A program made the translations under genes and the position numbers. Shown here piece by piece: positions 48,726 through 60,800 of a stretch of DNA of 64,000 nt. Each line of letters starts with the position of its first letter. The first letter of the stretch is position 1. Source of the DNA: Hypanus sabinus (lineage: Eukaryota); assembly GCF_030144855.1 (NCBI RefSeq), contig NW_026780939.1, positions 1-64,000 on the forward strand. Direction: 5' to 3'. The notes under the pieces were generated by a model. That model saw only the letters and a list, made by a program, of their open reading frames with translations, did no database searches and had not been told where the DNA came from.

Positions 48726-49429
48726 ATGAAAATAGTCTGAGTGAACTCAGTTTTTTCTCCTTGGATCGACGGTGGATGAGAGCTGACCTGATAGAGGTGT
48801 ATAAGATGACGAGAGGCATTGATCGTGTGGATAGTCAGAGGCTTTCTCCAGGACTGAAACGACTGGCACGAGTGGGCACCGTATTAACGTACTTGGATGT
48901 AGGCATAGAGGATCTGTCAGGGGAGAGTATCTTAAGCAGAAAGTGATTAGAGCGAGGAATGGGCTCCCGGTAGCAGTGGTGGAGTTGGACACGATAGGGT
49001 TTTTGAGGAGACTGCTGTGTTGATACATGGAGCTTTGAAAACGGATAAGTAGAAGGCTATGCGTAACCATAGGTAATTTGTAAGGGAAGGACATGTTCGG
49101 TACAGTATTGCGGCCCGAAAGGTCAGTATTGTGCTGTAGGTTTTCTGTGTTTCGATGCTTTGCGGAATTTCGCTTTCCAGCATTGGTGCCCTCGCTGTCA
49201 GGTAAACGTTATCCCCGCCTGTTCTCCTCACAAACACTTCCACCAAGTGTTCCCTCAAGCAGCTTCACTGCAGGAGACGCAAGTCTGAGCGCACACAAAC
49301 CCTCCTCGTAGGGATTGCTCTCCAATCCAGTCAGCATTCTCAGACATTTCATGTGCGCCGCCGTGAATCTTACACGTCCTTCAAGTACTGAGGTGACCAG
49401 AACGCCTCCTCTTTATTATCCCCAGAGTG

Positions 49430-50480
49430 ATGCGTCCATTTGGGTCAGGGCAGGATTAATCGGCGTTGTCGAAGTCTGTTGGAGTGCGCTGCATCACTGA
49501 ATTAAACAAATACATAAATAGCTCCAACGTCTCACCTGATGAAGGGCATGAGGTCACTTGGGCATCATCGCTGCCATGCTTTATCGCCGTCACAAACAGT
49601 GCTAAGGAAACTGAGAACCTGCAGGGGGATATTGATAGGTTAAGCAAATGCACTAGCAGCTGGCCGATTTGGTAAATGCGAAGTCACCCACTTGGGAAGG
49701 ACGATTGCAAGAACAGATTATTATTTGAGTGGTAAACGATTGCAGTCTGCAGCTGTGCGGAGGCACTTGGGATTGCCTGTGCTAGAATCACAAGGTGTTG
49801 GCTTGCAGGTGCAGCAGGCGATCAGGAAGACAAATGGAATGTTGGGCTTCGTTGCCAGAGGAATGACAATTAAGAGCAGGCAGGTTGTGCTGCATCTGCA
49901 CAAGATACTGGTGCGGCGGGGTCTGGAGCACCGTGCAGTTTTCTGGTGTCCTGACTTGAAGAAGGATAAAGTGGAGTTGTAGGCGGTTCACCATTTGATT
50001 GCAGAGATGAGGTGGTTCGACTATGAGGAGAAATAGAATCGCCTGTGTTCGTAATCGTGGCAATTCAGAAGACTGAGAGAAGATCGTATAGAAACATTTA
50101 AAAAATATTGAAGGGATAGATATGATAGAGGTAGGAAAGCTGTTTATACTGGTAGGTAAGACGATAACTGAGGGAACTTGCCTGAACATTCTGTGATGTA
50201 AACTTGGGACGGAGATGAAGAGCAACTGTTTTTCCCAGTGACAGGTGAATCAGTGGAATTCTCTGCACAGTGGAGCATTGGCGGTCAGCTCAGTAAATAT
50301 ATTTTTAAAAAGTTGCCATTGTTGTTTGCATAGTAGAAGAATTAAGGTCTCTGTGGAAAAGGCAGGTATGCGGCGATGAGATCATGTTCAGATCAGCCAT
50401 GATCACCTTCATTGCCGGAACATGCCAGACCGAACCGACGGACTATTCCTGCTCCAATTGCTATTGTTCTTATGTTCTCA
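49430..50480 (+). mobile_element. CR1 3' fragment in GPCR intron (duplicated at about 58150-59210)
   Basis: LQGDIDRL, ILVRRGLEHRAVFWCP, 3' UTR ending ctatt/gttct repeats. Confidence 0.8.
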
Positions 50481-50652
50481 TGTTCTCCCATGTTTGACGG
50501 GAGTTGAATTTCTGTCACCGTGATACATGAGATTAATCAGTTCATTCTGCTCTAAACACTTCACATTTGAAACTCCTTCTGGCGCGAAAGATCTGAGTAC
50601 ATTCCAGTTTTCATCCAAGTATGTATTACTGTCTTTATTTCCCTCCGCACAG

Positions 50653-51575
50653 TTAACGTGGTGACAATCGTTATCCTGTCACGGGGAAAGTGCGGTCTCT
50701 CCAAAGGCGTCACAAGGTACCTGGTTGCCATGGTAGCAGCGGATCAATTGGTCGTCCTCTTCGATCTTCTATTGAGAAAGATTCCGATGACTTACATACC
50801 GGCCGAGGTTTTCATCTGGTCGTTCCGTGTTCCAGTGTGTAATATCCACGCAGTCCTGTTCTACGCCGCCACGGACTGTTCTGTCTGGTTCACCGTCACT
50901 TTCACCTTTGATCGATTTGTCGCCATTTGTTTTCAGAAGCTGAAACGAAAATACTGCACCGAGAGAGGGGCGGCTCTGGTTCTGGGGACAGTGACTGTGC
51001 TGAGCTGCGTAAAGAACATTTTCTGGTACTTTTTGCTCAGTGGGTCATATTCGATAATAGTTTCGTCCGTGCTCTGTAGTCGTTCTTTTCTTTTTTCCCT
51101 GTCTCTGGAGACAACGTTTCTAGCAATTCATTTCTTCCTCACCCCAATATTCCCCTTTTTCATCATTCTGCTGCTCAACAGTTTAACCATCAGGCACGTC
51201 TTAGTGGCCAGCCGCGCCCGGAGGAGACTCCTTGGTTCGCGCGATGGCGAGACGCCCGTTGACCCGGAGATGAAGAACCGCAGACAATCCCTCTTGTTGC
51301 TGCTGGTGATGTCGGGGAATTTCATCCTGCTGTGGGCGCTGCTGACGATGTATTCCCTTTGGGAGAGCCTGTATAATTACTTGGGAATGATACCCCCGTA
51401 TTCTCTGCGGAAGCTGGGCTACATACTGCAACTGCTGAGCTGCTGCACCAACACGGCCCTTTACGCCGTAGTCCAGGCCAGGTTCAGGGTGCAGCTGAAG
51501 GAGACAGTCAAATCGCCATTACGTTTCATGGCAAAGTTTACTCGGCATTGTCTGGACCGCATTAAACCTCGGTGA
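50653..51575 (+). CDS. GPR139-like: GPCR gene 2, exon 2 (intact 7TM body; no cognate exon 1 found)
   Basis: Acceptor ccgcacag| at 50652; 306 open codons with TM1 Asn, TM2 AxAD, DRF motif, TM7 CCTNTALY (NPxxY variant); AATAAA near 52069. The family call rests on recalled similarity to the expanded chondrichthyan GPR139-like genes and is not an orthology claim. Confidence 0.88.
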
Positions 51576-54500
51576 CGCTTCTCCCATACCGCCGCAAAAT
51601 ATCCCATTTCGCCAGTCGCACGTGCAATTCCATTGACCCCGATTAGCTCACGGTCTCCCCCACTCCATGCTGGACCTCGATCGGGGCAGTGTTCCCAATC
51701 TGCCTCCACTGTGCTCATTCCAGTTTACGTTCTTCAGGAGTTCCCTGTAATCTCTGCTTCAGTTCCGCCAAGTGATTGTTTGTGTCCTGCCCAGATTCCG
51801 TGCGGCCCGTAAGCCTGCTCAGGTACGCCCAATGTACTCCGTCTCATTCCTCTGGCGAGTACTTTTGGTTCCAAGAGCTCCAGCCATTGAATTTTTCGGA
51901 AGACTGTTTACCTCGGACAGACTGCAATTGTCCTCTTGATCTGGGCTCTATGGAAATTGTCTTTCACCTCGAGAATAATTCAGTGACTCGCACATGTAAA
52001 ACCACTCGTTCAATCGTCGTTCGTCCTTCAGAAGCAGCAACTGCCATCACAATGCCCTCTGGGAATTAAAATAAATACTTAAACACTTTGTGCAGTGAAG
52101 GCCCAGTCTGTCGAATTGTATTGAGTGCATTGGGTGTTTCGGGTAGTTGGTGCTCGTCAGCCTGTGTAGGCAGTCCATCGAAGACGGGGAATACTCTGAG
52201 GGAAGGTGATCGCTGAGTTATAGGCACCGGATGACTGCTTATTTACTGAGAGTCGGTACGAAATGTGAGATGCAACCAGAAGTATGGCTCTGGAATAAAC
52301 AGTTCCAATTGGTCTGGATACATCGGACCTTTTTCCTGCATCTGGCATTGTAATATTCCTACTGAGATACTGCTTGATACGCAACCTCTCCTAAACGCCG
52401 ACGCGCAACTCTGCTGGGTCCCTCGTAGTCTGACATTTTTCTTTCTCCGTTTGATTACCGACTACTCTCCTCATTTCCTGCCGCTGCCTGTACAGAGTAA
52501 CCGCCGGGGTTTCCTCGGCATGCTGTTGCTTCGTTCCACACCCCAAACATTACCTTTTAATAGGTTAATTGTTCGCTGTAAACTGAAGGGTCGCTGGGAC
52601 GTGAAGCATTGTGCCAGCAAGACTCGGCGTTGGGAACTGACTTTAGAGACGGGCCTGTTCCCGGGGACTGATCCATAAGACCGAGCTGTATTGGATAACA
52701 TGAATTCAAATTTATCCTTCACGCCGAGGACAGGGCGTCGTGATGGAGGGCAGCCATTCTGCATGTGACAAGTGCCGGATAGTTCTGGCGTTTAACTTGG
52801 ATGAAAAAGGGGATGACACATAAATATGTTTACAGGCGACACAAAAAGTGATGGAGTTGTGGATGCTGAAGGAGGTTGATCAAAGTGCAGATGGGTTGAA
52901 AATGTGGGCATGGAGATCTTAACTTTGTCAAGGTAATACGGCCGTTCGGTCTCTGTTTCTGCCAAACGATAAGAGATATACGAGAATATCTCGTCGACAG
53001 GTAAGTCTCTGACTATGACCGTTCATAAAACAAAAAGGTAAACATAGAAGCATAGAAAACATACAGCACAATGCAGGCCCTTCGGCCCACATGTCGCTAC
53101 CTTAGAAATTACTGGGACTACGCATAACCCTTTATTTTTCAAAGCTCCATGTACCTATCCGAAAGCCACTTAAAGTATCGAATCCGCCTCCAAGACCGTT
53201 GCGAGCAGAGCATTTCACGCATTCACCACAATGTGAGTAAAGAACAATACCCCTGATTTCTCCTGTGTATGTACTGCCCAGCACCTGAAATCCCTGTCCT
53301 CTTGTGGCAACCATTATAGCCCTGGGGAAAAGCCGCTGACTATGACTATGGTTATGTATGGTTATGTAGGGTCCTAGGGCACATATTTTCTGTGGACTAT
53401 TATTTTAAAATGTCGAGAGAATGAGACTGNNNNNNNNNNNNNNNNNNNNNNNNNNNNNNNNNNNNNNNNNNNNNNNNNNNNNNNNNNNNNNNNNNNNNNN
53501 NNNNNNNNNNNNNNNNNNNNNNNNNNNNNNNNNNNNNNNNNNNNNNNNNNNNNNNNNNNNNNNNNNNNNNNNNNTTTCGCTGTGCCTCGACACCGATCAC
53601 CCGATTGGGAATTAGCCGGAGAAACGGTTAGCAATGTGACAAAAGGCCGAGTCAATGATTCGCCGCTGGTTATGAAGGGGCAGGACGTTTTAAGTATCGG
53701 GGAGAGTTCACAGGCAATTCCTTTGTCGCTCTCAGGAACTGAAGAAGTACGATTGCTTTCTTGGCCACGGCGGAGCAGGACATCACTGATATGTTTTGAG
53801 TTTTCTTTCAAAAAAGGTACTTGATTGGTGATTCGAGATTCTTTATTCAGGTTCGAAATGCCGATATCTATTGAGTGAGATTTTGCGTGTCTATCCTGTA
53901 CTGTTTAATCGGGACGGTGATGTAACTACTAATCGGTCGTCACATAATTTGTTGTAATCTGACTCTTGTATTTAGTAAGGTGTTGTGTCATTTCTGTTTC
54001 TCAGCAGCTGGTGAAACCTCATGTTCTGACATAGCAATGCATGCTCATTTCTCATTTGCACGGAAGCTTAAGACTGTACTGGTTATGTTTAGTATTGTGG
54101 CAGCTGGAAATGTCAACAAATTTAACTGCGTAGGACCTTTTCTGATTGGACAACGGCGATCAGTCGAGTTCGGCAGCATTCAGTGTTGGGACTGTTTCTA
54201 ATCGCGTTGTACGTCAATAATTTCGGTGAAGGATTTTATTGCATTGTGGCAGGGCTGGCGGATCATGTGGAGGCAGATGGAAGGGCAGGTAGAGCTGAGG
54301 AAAAAGGGAGTTTGCAGAACGAGTGAGACAGACTGGAAGAATAGCCAAATAATTGGCAGATAGAAGATAATGTACGGAATTCGGTAATCTCACACTTTGG
54401 CAGAGCGAATAAAGGCGTGGACAATCCCGTAGATTGGAAGACGAACTGAACTGAAAATTCCCAGAAGAATTGCATTGTAAAATCAGAGTTACAGAGCAAT

Positions 54501-55759
54501 TCAAAGGATCCCCTACAGGATAATCGGCAGGTTGATTCAGTGGTGAGGAAGCCAAATGCATGTTCCCATTGATTTTCAGATGAGTGCATATAAAAATAAC
54601 ACCTTAGCCACGCTTTACTCTGTATCCAATTCCTCGCTCTTTTACAAGCACGTAGAACGTGTAGCAAACCTATGATCACAACCCTGGTGAACCTGTCCTC
54701 TAACTGACCTCTTACTTCACCGAACCGCCTGTGCAGTGCATCGTCACTTATCGTACTCGTGTCATTGGTACCCACGTGGACCACAATTTCTAGCTGTTCA
54801 CCCTCCTAGTAAAGAATGCTGAGGTCTCAGTCTGAGACATCCCTGTAGTTGTCGCCGATAGAACCACCTGTCCACAGAACTGATTAGCGAATATCCTATC
54901 ACTACAGCCTGCCTTCCCCTCCCCACCCCGCTAATCGCACCACCTACCGCCCACTTCTGTTCTGAGTTTCAGAGATAAACTGAGTGCCTGAGACCCGATC
55001 ACTGCTACTAAACACTGTTACGTCAATCCCCGAACCATCACCCACCCCCCCAAACCCCACGACACAATCCAAAAAGTTGAAGTAGATGGCCACAGGGACT
55101 CTGCCCCGGCCCCTTCAGCCATTTCTCCTAACCGACTCTCACACAGTCTCCTGTGCCCTGTACTCTGGGTGTATCTCCCTCTCTATATGCCCTGTCCATC
55201 ACTACTTCAGACTCCCGAATGAACTGAAGTTTGTCCATTTTCCACTCCACCATCTTAACTCGGATTATCAGAAGCCGCAGCTGCACACAGACCTCGCAGC
55301 TGTAATCGTCAGGGTTACTGGAGTTCTCCATGCCTTCCCAGCTCTCTCAATCGGAGCATTTAACCATCCTACCTGGTAGCTGTGCTATCATATCTGAACA
55401 GATATAACCAAAGGAAGGAAAACAATCATCGCAAAGTGCTTTATTTTTATTTGCCTCCTTTGACTAAATCCTACCTGAACTGACACATCGGCAAGCAGAA
55501 GCATGAAGATGCTTGATGGCCCATTCAGGCTTGGGATATGGCGTTTGCCCCTGGCTTCCTCTTGCTGATCAACCGCAAACGACTTCTGGTCCCTGGTCAA
55601 ATATATTTTTCAGTGTAAGGACCTCCCGTCACTTTGAATATACATGCTGACTGAAGTCCTTCCCTCCCAAATCACCCAACGTCCCGATTGGCCGCAGGTC
55701 AAAGCTTTCTCTCAAAATTATAATTGCGAAATTATCTAAATCGGTATTATTTTCCATCT

Positions 55760-55985
55760 ATCTATGCAACTATAGGGTAGCTGGCGGTACAGTGACGTCA
55801 GCACCGGTCTCCGGAAGGAAGTTTCCGGTTTCGAATCCAGTCGATCCGTTCCCGGGCACATTTTGCATCCATGCCGGGTTGAGTGTGGAGCCTGCAATTG
55901 GGCCTCGCCAAAAAGCGAAATACTGTGATGTGAGCAGGATGTGGTGGAATACTCACCAAAAATAAACAACAATAAATTAATGACT
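55760..55985 (+). mobile_element. tRNA-derived SINE
   Basis: A-box-like tggcggtacagtg, B-box-like ggtttcgaatcc, and an A-rich tail. Confidence 0.55.
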
Positions 55986-56423
55986 ATGCAATGATTATAT
56001 AAGCTGTTTATATCATTATTATTTTTTTTTATTTGCTGCTTGTCCCTTGCGTTCCAGATTAGTTGCATTTCAGTGCCTGACTGCTTGTCCACTTGCGGAC
56101 TCGACACGCATCGGCTGTCCGCAGCCGACTGATGGGATTATTAGATACTCTTCCAATCTGCATTTGTATTGCTACTCTGACGGTCTGCAAATAAAGGGTG
56201 AACTGAACTTGTCATTCAGTTGAGCTTAATTAAGAGAGTGTCCGTGGGGATTGATGACGTTACGGCGGAGGTGTGGCTGCTGGTTCCCTGTTCTATTTAT
56301 ATGTCTCCCTCTCAACGCCAGTCTCAGTCAGAGCCGCCAGTCTACTCTATCAGAGGCCAGCGGGATCCAGATCGAGAGAGGACAGAGGCTGGATCGGTAA
56401 CAGGAATCTGGAGTATTCCAGCA

Positions 56424-56586
56424 ATGGATCTGCAACATTCTGCGGCATCAGTAAAGGATATTTTCCTGGCGTATACATAACTGGTGAAAAATAACAAAGA
56501 AATATCGTTGAACAATCGAATCTATGAGGCGCTTAAGACCATCCACATGGTTTACTATCCTGGACTCGCCATTGTAGCTGTACCTG
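56424..56586 (+). pseudogene. GPR139-like: GPCR gene 3, exon 1 (in-frame TAA at 56478; second in-frame ATG at 56547)
   Basis: MDLQHSAASVKDIFLAYT*LVKNNKEISLNNRIYEALKTIHMVYYPGLAIVAVP+G|gtaagc; homologous to 34490-34670. Confidence 0.8.
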
Positions 56587-56699
56587 GTAAGCGTTTCATC
56601 TCTTCCTCGTAATTAACTTTGAAAACTATAAGTCAGCTTCTCTTTCATACCTGTCCTCTAACGATGCGTTAATTTCCTAGTTGCTCTCTCACACTGACA

Positions 56700-57870
56700 T
56701 CTCTTCAGCAAACATCGGCTGCGTGTATTTGATAAGGTAACCCATGCAAGGAATATTGGGAAAGTAAGGAGGTTTGGGATCAAAGGGGACATTGCTTTGT
56801 GGATCTAGAAATGGCCTGCCCACAAAAGACAAAGTGTGGTTGTGGACGTGTAATATTCTGCATGGATGCTGGTGACCAATGGAGTGTGTAAGAGATCTGT
56901 TCTGGGACCAATATTACTCATGTTTTTTTATTATTATTATTCACCTTGTTGAATAAGTGGAGGGATGGATTAGTATTTTTATTGATGTCACAAATTTTCG
57001 AGGTGTTGTGGATAGTGTGGAGGGTTGTCAGAGTCTACAGAGGGGCACTGATCGGATGCAAAACTGCGCTGGAAATCGGCAGATTGAGTTCAACTAAGAT
57101 AGATATAAAGTTCCTCAATTTGTTTGTTCAAACATGATTGCAGAATTTAGTCTTAACAGTAAAACCCACGGCTGTGTGGAGATTAAGAGAGATCTTGGGG
57201 TCCGGGTGCAAAGGGCTCTCAAAGCAGCTGCTGACGCTGATTCTGTGATGAAGAATGTTAGACGGTGCACTGGCCGTCATCAATCGCGGTACTGAGTTTA
57301 CGATCCGAAAGGCAATATTGCAGCTCTCTAGGACCCGGGTCAGACAGCACCTGGAGTACTGTGCTCTGTTCCGGTTGCCACACTGCAGGAAGAATGTGAA
57401 AATCATAGAAATGGTGCCGAGATTTACAAGGACGTTTGCGGGATTGGGAATGAAAATAGTCTGAGTGAACTCAGTTTTTTCTCCTTGGATCGACGGTGGA
57501 TGAGAGCTGACCTGATAGAGGTGTGTAAGATGACGAGAGGCATTGATCGTGTGGATAGTCAGAGGCTTTATCCAGGACTGAAATGACTGGCACGAGTGGG
57601 CACCGTATTAACGTACTTGGATGTAGGCATAGAGGATCTGTCAGGGGAGAGTATCTTAAGCAGAAAGTGATTAGAGCGAGGAATGGGCTCCCGGTAGCAG
57701 TGGTGGAGGCGGACACGATAGGGTTTTTGAGGAGACTGTTGTGTTGATACATGGAGCTTTGAAAACGGATAAGTCGAAGGCTATGCGTAACCATAGGTAA
57801 TTTGTAAGGGAAGGACATGTTCGGTACAGCATTACGGCCCGAAAGGTCAGTATTGTGCTGTAGGTTTTCT
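56700..57870 (+). mobile_element. CR1 RT-to-3' fragment in GPCR gene 3 intron
   Basis: RVRQHLEYCALF motif and 3' UTR; its 3' half forms the start of the duplicated block. Confidence 0.85.
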
Positions 57871-60800
57871 GTGTTTCGATGCTTTGCGGAATTTCGCTTT
57901 CCAGCGTTGGTGCCCTCGCTGTCAGGTAAACGTTATCCCCGCCTGTTCTCCTCACAAACACTTCCACCAAGTGTTCCCTCAAGCAGCTTCACTGCAGGAG
58001 ACGCAAGTCTGAGCGCACACAAACCCTCCTCGTAGGGATTGCTCTCCAATCCAGTCAGCATTCTCAGACATTTCATGTGCGCCGCCGTGAATCTTACACG
58101 TCCTTCAAGTACTGAGGTGACCAGAACGCCTCCTCTTTATTATCCCCAGAGTGATGCGTCCATTTGGGTCAGGGCAGGATTAATCGGCGTTGTCGAAGTC
58201 TGTTGGAGTGCGCTGCATCACTGAATTAAACAAATACATAAATAGCTCCAACGTCTCACCTGATGAAGGGCATGAGGTCACTTGGGCATCATCGCTGCCA
58301 TGCTTTATCGCCGTCACAAAGAGTGCTAAGGAAACTGAGAACCTGCAGGGGGATATTGATAGGTTAAGCAAATGCACTAGCAGCTGGCCGATTTGGTAAA
58401 TGCGAAGTCACCCACTTGGGAAGGACGATTGCAAGAACAGATTATTATTTGAGTGGTAAACGATTGCAGTCTGCAGCTGTGCGGAGGCACTTGGGATTGC
58501 CTGTGCTAGAATCACAAGGTGTTGGCTTGCAGGTGCAGCAGGCGATCAGGAAGACAAATGGAATGTTGGCCTTCGTTGCCAGAGGAATGACAATTAAGAG
58601 CAGGCAGGTTGTGCTGCATCTGCACAAGATACTGGTGCGGCGGGGTCTGGAGCACCGTGCAGTTTTCTGGTGTCCTGACTTGAGGAAGGATAAAGTGGAG
58701 TTGTAGGCGGTTCACCATTTGATTGCAGAGATGAGGTGGTTCGACTATGAGGAGAAATAGAATCGCCTGTGTTCGTAATCGTGGCAATTCAGAAGACTGA
58801 GAGAAGATCGTATAGAAACATTTTAAAAATATTGAAGGGATAGATATGATAGAGGTAGGAAAGCTGTTTATACTGGTAGGTAAGACGATAACTGAGGGAA
58901 CTTGCCTGAACATTCTGGGATGTAAACTTGGGACGGAGATGAAGAGCAACTGTTTTTCCCAGTGATAGGTGAATCAGTGGAATTCTCTGCACAGTGGAGC
59001 ATTGGCGGTCAGCTCAGTAAATATATTTTTAAAAAGTTGCCATTGTTGTTTGCATAGTAGAAGAATTAAGGTCTCTGTGGAAAAGGCAGGTATGCGGCGA
59101 TGAGATCATGTTCAGATCAGCCATGATCACCTTCATTGCCGGAACATGCCAGACCGAACCGACGGACTATTCCTGCTCCAATTGCTATTGTTCTTATGTT
59201 CTCATGTTCTCCCATGTTTGACGGGAGTTGAATTTCTGTCACCGTGATACATGAGATTAATCAGTTCATTCTGCTCTAAACACTTCACATTTGAAACTCC
59301 TTCTGGCGCGAAAGATCTGAGTACATTCCAGTTTTCATCCAAGTATGTATTACTGGTCTTTATTTCCCTCCGCACAGTTAACGTGGTGACAATCGTTATC
59401 CTGTCACGGGGAAAGTGCGGTCTCTCCAAAGGCGTCACAAGGTACCTGGTTGCCATGGTAGCAGCGGATCAATTGGTCGTCCTCTTCGATCTTCTATTGA
59501 GAAAGATTCCGATGACTTACATACCGGCCGAGGTTTTCATCTGGTCGTTCCGTGTTCCAGTGTGTAATATCCACGCAGTCCTGTTCTACGCCGCCACGGA
59601 CTGTTCTGTCTGGTTCACCGTCACTTTCACCTTTGATCGATTTGTCGCCATTTGTTTTCAGAAGCTGAAACGAAAATACTGCACCGGGAGAGCGGCGGCT
59701 CTGGTTCTGGGGACAGTGACTGTGCTGAGCTGCGTAAAGAACATATTCTGGTACTTTTTGCTCCGTGGGTCATATTCGATAATAGTTTCGTCCGTGCTCT
59801 GTAGTCGTTCTTTTCTTTTTTCCCTGTCTCTGGAGACAACGTTTCTAGCAATTCATTTCTTCCTCACCCCAATATTCCCCTTTTTCATCATTCTGCTGCT
59901 CAACAGTTTAACCATCAGGCACGTTTTAGTGGCCAGCCGAGCCCGGAGGAGACTCCTTGGTTCGCGCGATGGCGAGACGCCCGCCGACCCGGAGATGAAG
60001 AACCGCAGACAATCCCTCTTGATGCTGCTGGTGATGTCGGGGAATTTCATCCTGCTGTGGGCGCTGCTGACGATGTATTCCCTTTGGGAGAGCCTGTATA
60101 TTTACTTGGGAATGATACCCCCGTATTCTCTGCGGGAGCTGGGCTACAAACTGCAACTGCTGAGCTGCTGCACCAACACGGCCCTTTACGCCGTAGTCCA
60201 GGCCAGGTTCAGGGTGCAGCTGAAGGAGACAGTCAAATCGCCATTACGTTTCATGGCAAAGTTTACTCGGCATTGTCTGGACCGCATTAAACCTCGGTGA
60301 CGCTTCTCCCATACCGCCGCAAAATATCCCATTTCGCCAGTCGCACGTGCAATTCCATTGACCCCGATTAGCTCACGCTCTCCGCTACTCCATGCTGGAC
60401 CTCGATCAGGGCAGTGTTCCCAATCTGCCTCCACTGTGCTCATTCCAGTTTACGTTCTTCAGGAGTTCCCTGTAATCTCTGCTTCAGTTCCACCAAGTGA
60501 TTGTCTGTGTCCTGCCCATATTCCGTGCGGCCCGAAAGCTTGCTCAGGTACGCCCAATGTACTCCGTCTCTTTCCTCTGGCGAGCTCCAGCCATTGAATG
60601 TTTCGGGAAGACTGGTTACCTCGGACAGACAGCAATTGTCCTCTTGATCCGGGCTCTATGGAATCTGTCTTTCACCTCGAGAATAATTCAGTAACTCGCA
60701 CTTGTAAAACCACTCGTTCAATCGTCGTTCGTCCTTCAGAAGCAGCAACTGCCATCACAATGCCCTCTGGGAATTAAAATAAATACTTAAACACTTTGTG

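Larger units (their letters stand above)
48725..53429 (+). repeat. Recent segmental duplicate, copy 1 (pairs with 57449-62168)
   Basis: About 4.7 kb nearly identical by eye, with scattered substitutions and two indels of about 18-25 nt; copy 1 ends at an N gap. Confidence 0.93.

Noticed and set aside
2175-51713. Isolated heptamers at 2175, 16445, 28446, 42539, 50266 and 51707 as RSSs (including RAG-mediated GPCR rearrangement)
   Set aside because: None has a nonamer at 12 or 23 bp; several lie in CR1 sequence.
59251-59377. 5' extension of the 349-aa GPCR ORF (also 38185-38233)
   Set aside because: It contains the polypyrimidine tract and CAG acceptor, and a homologous upstream exon 1 exists.
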